Of a stretch of 64,000 nucleotides of DNA, positions 47,488 through 57,437 are shown in pieces. The notes below the pieces were generated by a model that saw only the letters and a program-made list of their open reading frames with translations, was not told the DNA's origin and searched no databases. This stretch comes from a virus, in IMG/VR virus record IMGVR_UViG_3300025849_000010, positions 95,619 through 159,618 of that record; one strand, written 5' to 3'. The number at the start of each line of letters is the position of its first letter. Within the stretch, counting starts at the first letter, position 1. Both the position numbers and the translations under genes were made by a program.

Positions 47488-49071
47488 ATGGCAGCATCAT
47501 TAGACGGCGTCTTAATTAAGAAGGCGAATAGAAAAGAAACATATACAGAAGAACAAGTTGCAGACTTACTTGCCTGTATGGACCCCGACACGGGCTATCT
47601 ATACTTTGCACGTAAGTTTGCATTTATTCAGCATCCTACAAAGGGCAAACTATTATTTGATCCGTATGAATATCAGTTACGATTAATGCACAGCTATCAC
47701 AGCTATCGCTTTAATATTAACATGATGCCTAGGCAAACAGGAAAAACAACGTGTGCAGCAATTTACCTAGCTTGGTACGCAATGTTTACTCCGGATCAAA
47801 CGTGCCTTATTGCTGCACACAAATACACAGGTGCGCAAGAAATTATGTCACGCATACGTTATGTATACGAAACTTGTCCAGACCATATTAGAGCAGGTGT
47901 TACATCGTATAACAAGGGCAGCATTGAATTTGAAAACGGATCACGTATTGTGTCGCAAACAACAACAGGCAACACAGGACGTGGTATGTCAATCTCGCTA
48001 CTATACTGTGACGAGTTTGCATTTGTGCAACCAAACATTGCTGAAGAGTTCTGGACTTCAATATCTCCTACACTAGCAACTGGTGGTAGAGCTATTATTA
48101 CAAGCACACCGAACTCAGATGAAGATACCTTTGCAACTATTTGGAAACAAGCAGAGAACAAATTTGATGAACATGGTAATGAACAAGAGCTAGGCACTAA
48201 CGGATTTCATAGCTTTATTGCACACTGGAACGAACACCCAGATCGTGATGAAAAATGGAAGCAAGATGAAATTGGTCGTATCGGCGAAGAGAAGTTCCGT
48301 CGTGAATACGGTTGCGAATTCCTAGTATTTGATGAAACACTTATTAACAGTCTTACACTTGCTGGATTAGAAGGCGCAGCTCCTATACTTAATATGGGGC
48401 AAACACGTTGGTATAAAAAGCCTACAAGTCAATACACATATGCAGTAGCACTTGATCCTAGTATGGGTACAGGTGGAGACAACGCAGCTATACAAGTGTT
48501 TGAATTGCCTACTTATATACAAGTAGCAGAGTGGCAACACAACCAAACTGCAATACCAGGGCAAATACGTGTACTTGCAGATATTTGTAAGTACATTGCA
48601 CAAGAAACTGGTAATGCTAATAACATATATTGGAGTGTTGAAAACAACGGTATCGGAGAAGCATGTTTGATTGTCATCAACGACTTCGGCGAAGAAAATA
48701 TTCCAGGGCTGTTTGTAAGTGAGCCAATGCGCAAAGGACATGTAAGAAAGTTCCGCAAAGGATTTAACACTACACACGGCACTAAGATTACAGCGTGTAG
48801 CAGATTAAAAACAATGGTAGAAGGGGGCAAGATGACAATCAAGTCTAAACCTCTACTGTCAGAACTAAAAGGATACATTGCCACAGGCAGTAGTTTCCAA
48901 GCAAAGTCAGGAATGACAGACGACTTGATAAGTGCTACACTATTAGCACTAAGAATGATGGCAGTATTAAAAGACTGGGATCCTAGAATATATAATACTT
49001 TCACACAAGCAGAGCAAGACGATGATTACGAAGCACCAATGCCGATCTTCATCAGTAGCAGTTTTGGATAA
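47488..49071 (+). CDS. gp17: Terminase large subunit
   Basis: Walker A PRQTGKTT, Walker B LLYCDEFAFV, ITSTPN, nuclease ALDPSMG and DDLISA. Confidence 0.95.
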   Translation: MAASLDGVLIKKANRKETYTEEQVADLLACMDPDTGYLYFARKFAFIQHPTKGKLLFDPYEYQLRLMHSYHSYRFNINMMPRQTGKTTCAAIYLAWYAMFTPDQTCLIAAHKYTGAQEIMSRIRYVYETCPDHIRAGVTSYNKGSIEFENGSRIVSQTTTGNTGRGMSISLLYCDEFAFVQPNIAEEFWTSISPTLATGGRAIITSTPNSDEDTFATIWKQAENKFDEHGNEQELGTNGFHSFIAHWNEHPDRDEKWKQDEIGRIGEEKFRREYGCEFLVFDETLINSLTLAGLEGAAPILNMGQTRWYKKPTSQYTYAVALDPSMGTGGDNAAIQVFELPTYIQVAEWQHNQTAIPGQIRVLADICKYIAQETGNANNIYWSVENNGIGEACLIVINDFGEENIPGLFVSEPMRKGHVRKFRKGFNTTHGTKITACSRLKTMVEGGKMTIKSKPLLSELKGYIATGSSFQAKSGMTDDLISATLLALRMMAVLKDWDPRIYNTFTQAEQDDDYEAPMPIFISSSFG

Positions 49072-49081
49072 ATACTTTACT

Positions 49082-50950
49082 ATGATAAACTTAAACTTAA
49101 TAGCAGAAGACCTATTTAATAAAATACGTAGCCGTTACCAAAGTGTAACTATGGGCGACGAAAATGGAAAAGTGACTAGTGATCCTCAGTTGGCACGTTT
49201 TATTGATTTTGAATATAAATCACAAACAGAAGCCCTAGGACAAGTTAGCATAAGTTTAACTGAAACTGGACTTGTAGTTTATTATAGCACAGAATTTGTA
49301 AGTGAAGAATCCGATGAAGTAAAACGAGATTGGTACAGCTTCCTTAAAGAACTTAGAACATTTAGTAAGAAACGTAGACTTAATTTTGAACCGAGAGATA
49401 TCACAAAGTCTAATTTAGATAAAAGAGATTATCAGTTTCTAGCACAAAACTCCGGAGAGACCCAAATGAGTGAATCAAAATTATACGGCTCTGCCCGTAA
49501 AAGCTATCAAGATTTAGGTGGCGCAAAGTTAATGGTTACACATAGTAAACCTATTAATACAGAAATCGCAGGCGGACGTTCAATGCATATTGAAAGCATC
49601 TTTATTGAAAGTTCAGAAGGCGAACGCTTTAAATATCCTGTTAAGCATTTGAATGGTGCAAGAGCATTAGGTCGTCATATTGCAAATGGCGGTAAGCCAC
49701 ATGATTCATTTGGTACACATGTAATTGAAATGAGCCAAGAGCTAGGCAAGCTACGTAAGTTTAAAACTTATATGGGACGTTCGGGTGTTATGGCAGAAGC
49801 AATGGGTCCTGTTTCTGATCGTGTTAACGAGCGTATAGAAAAAATTAAAAAAGAAGTAATGCAATTGCAGCGCGAATCATATTACAAAGATGTAGTAGAG
49901 AATTTTGAAACTCGCGAACTATCAGAAGTTCCAGAAGAAGTAAAAGCAAGCTGGGTTGAAGCACTTACTATCAAATCATTCCAAGAAGAATTACAAGATG
50001 TATTTCCTTATATCTACAATCTTGTTAGTGAAACACAAGATATTAATCCAGAAGATTTTCAAACTGAAGGCGAACAGCCGGCAGAGTCATACGTAGTACG
50101 TAGAGGCGATACTATCTTTTCAATTGCAAAGAGATTCGCTGATTCTAACTACGACGGTGATGTCAAAGCTGGTGTTGAAGACATTATGGAATTAAATGGT
50201 ATTAGTGATCCAACATCACTACAGCCTGGCCAAAAATTAGAAATTGGTTACTTTATGGGCAGTATGAAAAGTGGCGGAACACGAGGACTACCGCCAGGCG
50301 GATTTAAAGCATATGAAGCAGAACTAGAATCATCAATTGGTGCAGTAACAAAGAAGTACGATGTTATTGAAAGTAATTCGGTGTTTAGTAGTGACGAAGG
50401 CGAGCAAGCTCAAGCAATTAAAAAATTACAATCACTAGTAGGAGATCATTTTCCAGCAGGCATAGATGGCATGAATGCAATCGAAAGTCTAAGCGGACTT
50501 ATTGACGATCCGATGCTAACTGATATGTTTAAAAAAGTTGGAGCGAAAGATTCAGATATGTGTGTACGTCCATTAGTACACAAATATATCAAAGCTAAAA
50601 ACCCACAGTTGCTAGCCAAGTTAGATTTTGGCGACATGACAAGTTCTTCAGAACCAAAAGAAACTGAAGTTACTGTAGGCAAAGACGGATCAATGTCACT
50701 AGACAAAGAAGAAGCAAAAGAGCAAAAGACTCCATTAGGTGAGTTCATCCTAAGCTACTTTGATCGCGAAACAGGTGAGTTTCCAAAAGGTGAAACAGCA
50801 GTACTAACTAGCGTTGAAAAGGACTACGGTGACAAGTATGTAGGCCCTGCAAAACAGTTTATTGAGCGTGTACGTCAAACATGCGAAGAATATGTTGCAG
50901 ACGACAGTACTGAAGAGTTTGATAGAATTAGAGCACTAGCCGGTTTGTAA
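49082..50950 (+). CDS. Hypothetical protein with an internal LysM domain
   Basis: YVVRRGDTIFSIAKRF..IMELNGISDPTSLQPGQKLEI at about 50089-50245; ATG 49082 follows GATAAATA. Confidence 0.7.
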   Translation: MINLNLIAEDLFNKIRSRYQSVTMGDENGKVTSDPQLARFIDFEYKSQTEALGQVSISLTETGLVVYYSTEFVSEESDEVKRDWYSFLKELRTFSKKRRLNFEPRDITKSNLDKRDYQFLAQNSGETQMSESKLYGSARKSYQDLGGAKLMVTHSKPINTEIAGGRSMHIESIFIESSEGERFKYPVKHLNGARALGRHIANGGKPHDSFGTHVIEMSQELGKLRKFKTYMGRSGVMAEAMGPVSDRVNERIEKIKKEVMQLQRESYYKDVVENFETRELSEVPEEVKASWVEALTIKSFQEELQDVFPYIYNLVSETQDINPEDFQTEGEQPAESYVVRRGDTIFSIAKRFADSNYDGDVKAGVEDIMELNGISDPTSLQPGQKLEIGYFMGSMKSGGTRGLPPGGFKAYEAELESSIGAVTKKYDVIESNSVFSSDEGEQAQAIKKLQSLVGDHFPAGIDGMNAIESLSGLIDDPMLTDMFKKVGAKDSDMCVRPLVHKYIKAKNPQLLAKLDFGDMTSSSEPKETEVTVGKDGSMSLDKEEAKEQKTPLGEFILSYFDRETGEFPKGETAVLTSVEKDYGDKYVGPAKQFIERVRQTCEEYVADDSTEEFDRIRALAGL

Positions 50951-50996
50951 TTGGCTAGCGTACTATAAGTTTTATTTCTTTTTCTTTAAAAAAGAC

Positions 50997-51025
50997 TTGA
51001 CAATCGTTGTAGACCAGTATATAAT
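50997..51025 (+). promoter_or_regulatory. Consensus sigma70 promoter TTGACA-17-TATAAT for gp32
   Basis: Exact consensus with an AT-rich upstream tract. Confidence 0.85.
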
Positions 51026-51105
51026 AATAACTGTGCTACAAACAAATAGGCACTTAGTAGCAATGTAGCTACGCAGCACATAGGCATTTATAGGAGGCAT
51101 TAACT

Positions 51106-52137
51106 ATGGCATCATTAGCAGAAATCCGAGCAAAGCTCAAAGAACAAGAAGCTGGCTCAAACGGCAATCGTACATCAGGCGGTGGCGATAACGCAATTTA
51201 CCCATTTTGGAATATCAAAGAAGGCGAGAGTGCAATTCTACGTTTCCTTCCAGATGGTAACACATCCAATGACTTTTTCTGGGCAGAACGATTGATGATT
51301 AAACTACCTTTCGCAGGTGTTAAAGGTCAAACTGATTCACGTCCAGTACAAGTACAAGTTCCTTGTATGGAGATGTACGGAGAGTCATGTCCAATTCTTG
51401 CAGAAGTACGCGGTTGGTTCAAAGACCCTTCACTAGAAGATATGGGTCGTAAGTACTGGAAAAAGCGTTCGTATATCATGCAAGGGTTTGTAACTGACAA
51501 CCCGTTGTCAGAAGATACAACACCAGAAAACCCAATTCGTAGATTTATTATTGGTCCACAAATCTTCCAGATTATTAAGCAGTCTTTGCTTGACCCAGAT
51601 ATGGAAGAATTGCCAACAGATTATACTGCTGGTGTAGACTTCCGTCTTAACAAAACATCTAAAGGCGGATATGCAGACTATGGTACATCGAACTGGGCAC
51701 GTCGTGAACGTCCACTTAGTGATGCAGAAATGAATGCAATCAATACACACGGATTGTTTAATATGTCAGACTTCCTTCCTAAGAAGCCTACTGAAGTTGA
51801 AGTTAAAGTGTTGCACGAGATGTTTGAAGCATCAGTAGATGGTGAAGCATACGATCCAGATCGTTGGTCACAGTACTTCCGACCAGCAGGTATGCAAGCA
51901 CGTACAGGTGACCCGACTAAGGCAGCAAGCCCACAGGCAACTGCTACAAGTCAAAGTGCTCCTGCTCCACAAGCAGCACCAGTAGCAGCAACACCTGCTC
52001 CACAAGCAGCACCAGCAGCACCGGCAGTTGAAGAGTCAGTACCATTTGATACTACTCCGCAAGAAGCAGCACCAGCAGCAGGTGGCGGCGGCGCAAGTGA
52101 CATTCTTGCAATGATTCGCGCACGTCAGCAAGGTTAA
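51106..52137 (+). CDS. gp32: Single-stranded DNA-binding protein
   Basis: AILRFLPD..CPI..YWKKRSY..G.DFRL.K..GGYADY..S.W; SD GGAGG; precedes uvsX. Confidence 0.85.
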   Translation: MASLAEIRAKLKEQEAGSNGNRTSGGGDNAIYPFWNIKEGESAILRFLPDGNTSNDFFWAERLMIKLPFAGVKGQTDSRPVQVQVPCMEMYGESCPILAEVRGWFKDPSLEDMGRKYWKKRSYIMQGFVTDNPLSEDTTPENPIRRFIIGPQIFQIIKQSLLDPDMEELPTDYTAGVDFRLNKTSKGGYADYGTSNWARRERPLSDAEMNAINTHGLFNMSDFLPKKPTEVEVKVLHEMFEASVDGEAYDPDRWSQYFRPAGMQARTGDPTKAASPQATATSQSAPAPQAAPVAATPAPQAAPAAPAVEESVPFDTTPQEAAPAAGGGGASDILAMIRARQQG

Positions 52138-52146
52138 TACAGCAAG

Positions 52147-52184
52147 CTAAAAGGGTTGCATCTTTAAAAAGCAACCCTTTTTAG
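52147..52184 (+). terminator. Intrinsic, possibly bidirectional, terminator after gp32
   Basis: aaaagggttgc ... gcaaccctttt inverted repeat. Confidence 0.75.
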
Positions 52185-52217
52185 TTGCTCTACTTTTCAG
52201 CTTATTAGGAGAAACAA

Positions 52218-53303
52218 ATGGCTAAATCATTCGATGTTAGTAAGTTCCGTAAGGACTTGACTAAAAGTATCTCAGGCATGAGTGCTGGATTTAACGATCC
52301 TACTGATTGGATTTCAACAGGATCATATGCGCTAAACTATCTTATCTCAGGAGACTTTCACAAGGGTGTTCCGCTGGGTAAGGTAACTGTGTTTGCAGGT
52401 GAATCAGGAGCAGGTAAGAGTTATTTCTGTTCAGGTAACATTGTAAAACACGCACAGGATCAAGGAATCTTTGTAGTACTAATTGACTCGGAGAACGCAC
52501 TTGATGAGAGCTGGCTACAGGCTCTAGAAGTTGACACAAGTGAAGAAAAACTTCTTAAACTTAATATGTCAATGATTGACGATGTAGCAAAAACTATCTC
52601 AACTTTTATTACAGACTACAAATCAATGGCGGAAGAAGACCGTCCTAAAGTGTTGTTTGTAATTGACTCATTGGGTATGTTGCTAACACCTACTGATGTT
52701 GATCAGTTTAACAAGGGTGATATGAAAGGTGATATGGGTCGTAAGCCTAAGGCGTTGACTTCACTTGTTCGTAACACAGTTAATATGATTGGCTCATTGA
52801 ATGTTGGACTAGTATGTACTAACCACACATACGCATCGCAAGATATGTTTGACCCAGATGACAAAATCAGTGGTGGCTCGGGCTTTATCTATGCATCAAG
52901 TATTGTTGTTGCAATGAAGAAGATGAAGTTGAAAGAAGACGAAGACGGCAACAAGATCTCAGAAGTTATGGGTATCCGTGCTGGTTGTAAAGTAATGAAG
53001 ACTCGCTATGCAAAACCGTTTGAAGGTGTGCAGGTTAAGATTCCTTACGAGACTGGTATGAATCCTTACTCAGGTCTAGTTGAATTGTTTGAGAAGAAAG
53101 GCTTGTTGACAAAGCAAGGCAATCGACTCAAGTATGTAAACTTAGCAGGCGAAGAAGTTCTTGAATATCGCAAGGCTTGGATGCAAGAAGGTAAACTCGA
53201 TTTGATTATGTCGGAATACAACGAAAAAATTGCACCTGTGGTAAATACCGACGATGCAGAAGTAGTTGATGCAGACTTAATTGAAGAAACATACGAGGAG
53301 TAA
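52218..53303 (+). CDS. uvsX: RecA-like recombinase
   Basis: Walker A GESGAGKS, IDSENA, VIDSLGML, TNHTY, SGGSG. Confidence 0.9.
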   Translation: MAKSFDVSKFRKDLTKSISGMSAGFNDPTDWISTGSYALNYLISGDFHKGVPLGKVTVFAGESGAGKSYFCSGNIVKHAQDQGIFVVLIDSENALDESWLQALEVDTSEEKLLKLNMSMIDDVAKTISTFITDYKSMAEEDRPKVLFVIDSLGMLLTPTDVDQFNKGDMKGDMGRKPKALTSLVRNTVNMIGSLNVGLVCTNHTYASQDMFDPDDKISGGSGFIYASSIVVAMKKMKLKEDEDGNKISEVMGIRAGCKVMKTRYAKPFEGVQVKIPYETGMNPYSGLVELFEKKGLLTKQGNRLKYVNLAGEEVLEYRKAWMQEGKLDLIMSEYNEKIAPVVNTDDAEVVDADLIEETYEE

Positions 53304-53306
53304 CCT

Positions 53307-53546
53307 ATGAACAACGAAGAGCAGATCGTAGAGATATGGAATCTGTTTAAACCATATCTTGACAAGAAACAGATTGACATTATCGCAGAAAAGTTTATTG
53401 ATCATCTTGTTGACTCTGGTACACATGACGAAGTATTAACAGCATGCTTAGGTAACAGTCAGAGTTTAGATAATGCAATTCATTATTATCTAGATATGGA
53501 AGACGAACTTAAAGATGATGCTGATATAGACGAATGGGATGATTAA
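53307..53546 (+). CDS. Hypothetical acidic protein (79 aa)
   Basis: SD GAGGAG; lies between uvsX and uvsY. Confidence 0.65.
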   Translation: MNNEEQIVEIWNLFKPYLDKKQIDIIAEKFIDHLVDSGTHDEVLTACLGNSQSLDNAIHYYLDMEDELKDDADIDEWDD

Positions 53547-53548
53547 AC

Positions 53549-54004
53549 ATGGGTTGGTATTCAGAAGTATCGCGTGATATATCTAAGATTCCTGCGGCTG
53601 TACAGTTCTTTGAAGATGAGCTAATTAGTGCTCGTGTTGAAGTAAAGCTAAAGGGCAATGTGGAACGTGCTGCTGCTGAAATGCCGGGCATTGTTGAACA
53701 TCGTTTCAATCAGCTTCAAGAGATTGAAGCAATCCTAAACTACTTGAACATCGAGCTACGTAGGTTGCGTAGCTCGTACTTTAAGAAATATCTCGAAAAC
53801 TATCAACGAGCTCTGTCAAGCCGTGACGTTGAAAAATACGTTGACGGTGAGGCAGACGTTGTTGACTATGAAAAGATTATCAACGAGTTTGCTCTTATGC
53901 GCAACAAATGGTTAGGTGTTCTTAAAGCACTTGATCAAAAGCAATGGCAAATTACAAACGTTGTTAAGCTAAGAGTAGCAGGTATGGAAGACGCTTCGAT
54001 ATGA
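53549..54004 (+). CDS. uvsY: Recombination mediator, UvsY-like
   Basis: Coiled-coil protein with DVEKYVDGEADVV..KALDQKQWQITNVVKLR; near uvsX. Confidence 0.7.
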   Translation: MGWYSEVSRDISKIPAAVQFFEDELISARVEVKLKGNVERAAAEMPGIVEHRFNQLQEIEAILNYLNIELRRLRSSYFKKYLENYQRALSSRDVEKYVDGEADVVDYEKIINEFALMRNKWLGVLKALDQKQWQITNVVKLRVAGMEDASI

Positions 54005-54216
54005 ATTGTGTAAAGTGTGGTACATCACTCAACAAAGGTTATTTAAGATGCAGAGCCTGCGGACACGATAATCCGCCGCCAGAGCCTCTTGACATTGTTG
54101 GGTATATGTTAGCAGGTGCTATACCTCTTATATGGTACCTTACTGGTTCGCTCATAAGTGCTGTATTAACTGTGGTAGGACTAACTGGCATATACTATCT
54201 AATGCTTCGCAAATAA
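54001..54216 (+). CDS. Small Zn-ribbon membrane protein
   Basis: CVKCG..CRACG followed by two hydrophobic segments. Confidence 0.6.
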   Translation: MNCVKCGTSLNKGYLRCRACGHDNPPPEPLDIVGYMLAGAIPLIWYLTGSLISAVLTVVGLTGIYYLMLRK

Positions 54217-54263
54217 TTATCAGTTCTAACATACTGGGCTAATCTTATTGTGTAAATATCTAC

Positions 54264-55043
54264 ATGAGCAGAGTAGTATTAGTAACAGGCGGCTTTGATC
54301 CGCTACACAGTGGGCATATTGCTTACTTTAAAGCAGCAAAAGAACTAGGCGATCACTTAGTTGTTGGACTAAATTCAGATGATTGGCTTACCCGTAAGAA
54401 AGGTAGGCCTTTCATGCCCTTAGAAGAACGTGCAGCAATTATTAAAGAACTTGCATGCGTTGATGAAGTAATAGCTTTTAACGACAATGATGATAGTGCA
54501 TGTAACGCTATTATGCAAGTACTACAAACAAAAGGCAGTAGCTGGACTGTTGTATTTGCTAATGGTGGCGACAGGATAAACACTAACACTCCTGAATACA
54601 AAGTATATGGTGAACACCCTTCTGTTGAATTTAAATGGAAGGTCGGCGGCAGTAATAAGGCCAATAGTTCGAGTTGGATACTAGACGAGTGGAAAACACA
54701 AAAGACCGAACGTGACTGGGGTTACTGGCGTGTGTTAGATCACAAGCCTGAGCAAGGTTACAAAGTAAAGGAACTTGTAATATATCCTGGCAAAAGTTTA
54801 AGTGACCAACGACACCTTAAACGTTCGGAGCAATGGACAGTTTTAGAAGGCACTGTTAAAATGGAAACAGAGTGGAACAACTTAAAAAATGCTGTTCATT
54901 TACAAGCACACGAACGCCCTTATGATATAGGTGTTAAAGTTTGGCACAAAGCATCAAACCCAGGAACAGAGAATGCACACATACTTGAAATACAACGAGG
55001 TAGTGAATGTATTGAAGAAGATATTGAAAGAAGAGATAAATGA
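54264..55043 (+). CDS. Cytidylyltransferase-like (HxGH) domain fused to a mannose-6-P-isomerase-type cupin
   Basis: TGGFDPLHSGH, FANGGDR, NSSS; ERDWGYWRVL..SLSDQRH..RSEQW..WH..EIQRG..EEDIER. Confidence 0.85.
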   Translation: MSRVVLVTGGFDPLHSGHIAYFKAAKELGDHLVVGLNSDDWLTRKKGRPFMPLEERAAIIKELACVDEVIAFNDNDDSACNAIMQVLQTKGSSWTVVFANGGDRINTNTPEYKVYGEHPSVEFKWKVGGSNKANSSSWILDEWKTQKTERDWGYWRVLDHKPEQGYKVKELVIYPGKSLSDQRHLKRSEQWTVLEGTVKMETEWNNLKNAVHLQAHERPYDIGVKVWHKASNPGTENAHILEIQRGSECIEEDIERRDK

Positions 55044-55720
55044 AAGTATTTGTAGGTTACGACCCTAGAGAAGACATTGCATATCAAGTGTGCAAACACA
55101 GCATTGAACGGCACAGCCCTCTGGCAAATGTCATTCCGCTTAAACAATCAGAGCTCAGAAGTGCAGGGTGGTATAATCGCCCTGTAGATAAACTAGCCAG
55201 CACTGAGTTTACGTTTACTCGATTTTTAGTTCCGGAACTTGCTAACTTTAATGGTTGGGCAGTGTTTATGGACTGCGATATGTTGCTTAGAACAGACATT
55301 GCAGAGTTATTTGCACAAGCAGATGATACAAAGGCAGTAATGTGTGTACAACATGACTATTCACCTAAAGAAGGTATTAAGATGGATGGACAAAAACAAA
55401 CAGTTTATCCACGTAAAAATTGGTCTAGTGTGATGCTTATTAACTGTGGACATCCTGCTAACAAAAGACTTAACATAGACTTAGTAAATGAAAAAGAACT
55501 TAACGGAGCATACTTTCATAGATTTAGTTGGTTAGAAAGTGACGAGTTGATTGGCGAGATATCACACGAATGGAATTGGTTAGTAGGACACTATAAAGAG
55601 CCAGAGGACGGCACTCCAAAATTATTACATTACACAGAAGGCGGCCCGTGGTTTGAAAACTATCGCGAGTGCGAATATAATCAAGATTGGAAAACTGAAC
55701 TTTTTGAGATGATGAAATGA
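55040..55720 (+). CDS. Glycosyltransferase (GT-A, GT8-like)
   Basis: VFVGYD, STEFTFTRFLVP, FMDCDM (DxD), YPRKNWSS, WNWLVG, LLHYTEGGPWF. Confidence 0.85.
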   Translation: MKVFVGYDPREDIAYQVCKHSIERHSPLANVIPLKQSELRSAGWYNRPVDKLASTEFTFTRFLVPELANFNGWAVFMDCDMLLRTDIAELFAQADDTKAVMCVQHDYSPKEGIKMDGQKQTVYPRKNWSSVMLINCGHPANKRLNIDLVNEKELNGAYFHRFSWLESDELIGEISHEWNWLVGHYKEPEDGTPKLLHYTEGGPWFENYRECEYNQDWKTELFEMMK

Positions 55721-56514
55721 TAATCTTTGACCATACAGATTCTATACTAGAACTGTGGAGGACCGGTACTAACGGTACATACGGACACTTAGAGCAGTTA
55801 CACCTTATTGATAAGTCTATTCCCGTTGCAATACGAGGAATGACTAAACGAAAAATAATGGCCCGCTGTAACGAAGAAGGTCGTGATTATTATTATATAG
55901 ACACTGGATACTTAGGAAATTTAGGCAAGCGTAAAGATTTTCACAGAGTTGTTAAAAATAATGTACAACACTTAACTCCAATAGAAGTTCCTGATGACAG
56001 ATACAAAGCACTAGTACAGCATACTAACGAATGGCCGATATATTTTCCAGGTTGGCGTAAAGGAGGACATGCTATACTAATTGTTACTCCTAGTGAAAAA
56101 CCCTGCAAGTATTACGGCATTACTAGAGACGAATGGCTTAATGATACTATTGTTAAAATAAAACAGCACTCCGATAGGCCAATTATTATTAGAGATAAGC
56201 CGCCTCGCAGAGAGCGTGTAGGCGATAGCAGCATCTTTAATCAAATGATACAAGATAAGATATTTGCAGTAGTTACATACAATAGTATTGCTGCAACTGA
56301 AGCAGTTTCCTTTGGCGTACCTGCATTTGCTAATGCTCCAAACGCTGCACATTCTGTATGTTCGAACGACTTTACACAAATTGAAAATCCATATTACCCT
56401 CCACGTGAGCAGGTTGCTAAATGGATACACTGGTTAGCTTACTGTCAGTATAATACTTCTGAATTAAACAGTGGCCGTGCATACAAGATACAGGAGAAGT
56501 ATAATCTATGTTAG
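55717..56514 (+). CDS. Capsule-synthesis (KpsS/KpsC-like) glycosyltransferase paralog 1
   Basis: IDTGY, RPIIIRDKP, VVTYNSIAATEA..GVPAF, W..WLAYCQY..E..G. Confidence 0.55.
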   Translation: MIIFDHTDSILELWRTGTNGTYGHLEQLHLIDKSIPVAIRGMTKRKIMARCNEEGRDYYYIDTGYLGNLGKRKDFHRVVKNNVQHLTPIEVPDDRYKALVQHTNEWPIYFPGWRKGGHAILIVTPSEKPCKYYGITRDEWLNDTIVKIKQHSDRPIIIRDKPPRRERVGDSSIFNQMIQDKIFAVVTYNSIAATEAVSFGVPAFANAPNAAHSVCSNDFTQIENPYYPPREQVAKWIHWLAYCQYNTSELNSGRAYKIQEKYNLC

Positions 56515-57437
56515 TAGCAAGTTATATGAGAGGTATCCCTGCAAACAACAGAAATCCAGAGAAGCCCGAAATTATTAACAACTTTGTAAAAGGCGTTAAC
56601 ATTCACGAAGGAGACCGCGGAGTAGTATGCTGGGACAATAATCCAATAGAGTGCGATGTAGCAGTTATACAAGGCTATGTACACGAACGATCTGAAGGTA
56701 GCCCTCACCTAAGACTTCGCCGAGCAGTTTTAGACCATCAAGAAAAAAGAAACAAGCGTACGATTGTAGTTGATAGTAATTTGTTTTTATATAAAGATTC
56801 AGGCAATACTAATCGATACTTGCGCTATAGTTATGACGGAGTTTTTCCTACTACTGGCGAATACTGCAATGATAGTTATGATCCAATGCGCTGGGAAAAA
56901 CTCAGCAAAGATATTGGATTTTCTTTGCAGCCTTATCGAGGCAACAAAGGTAAGTTCATAGTTATATGTGCGCAACGTGATGGCGGGTGGAGCATGGGAG
57001 GCAAGAGTGTTGTAGACTGGGTATTAGAAATATTGCCAGAAATTAAAAAATATTCTGACAGACCTGTAATGCTACGTTTTCATCCTGGCGACGGCAATTG
57101 GAGAATGCACTACAAACGATTAATTAAATCTGGCATCATTTTAAGTAGAAGTAAGACACTAATGGACGATCTAGGACAAGCAGCAGCAGTTATCACATAT
57201 AACAGTAGCCCTGGTGTTGCAGCAGCTATTGAAGGTATTCCTGTGTTTGTTACAGACCCGTTGCCTGAACAGAGCCAAGCATTTGCAGTAGCACATACTA
57301 GTTTAAGTAGGTTAACAAATCCAGAAGAATTTGACAGAGAAGAATGGATTAAGAAACTAGCAATGTGTCACTGGAATCAAGAAGACTTAAAAAACGGTGA
57401 GTGTTGGAAATGGATGCGGCGCTGGGCTACCAAGTAA
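56508..57437 (+). CDS. Capsule-synthesis-like glycosyltransferase paralog 2
   Basis: RPVMLRFHP, VITYNSSPGVAAAIEGIPVF, REEW..LAMCHW..G. Confidence 0.55.
   Translation: MLVASYMRGIPANNRNPEKPEIINNFVKGVNIHEGDRGVVCWDNNPIECDVAVIQGYVHERSEGSPHLRLRRAVLDHQEKRNKRTIVVDSNLFLYKDSGNTNRYLRYSYDGVFPTTGEYCNDSYDPMRWEKLSKDIGFSLQPYRGNKGKFIVICAQRDGGWSMGGKSVVDWVLEILPEIKKYSDRPVMLRFHPGDGNWRMHYKRLIKSGIILSRSKTLMDDLGQAAAVITYNSSPGVAAAIEGIPVFVTDPLPEQSQAFAVAHTSLSRLTNPEEFDREEWIKKLAMCHWNQEDLKNGECWKWMRRWATK

Noticed and set aside
49022-49081. ORF-track start at 49022 (likewise 31300, 46231, 58943 and 252)
   Set aside because: Downstream ATGs fit promoter/SD positions better (49082, 31270, 46246, 58904); the first gene is open to the window edge
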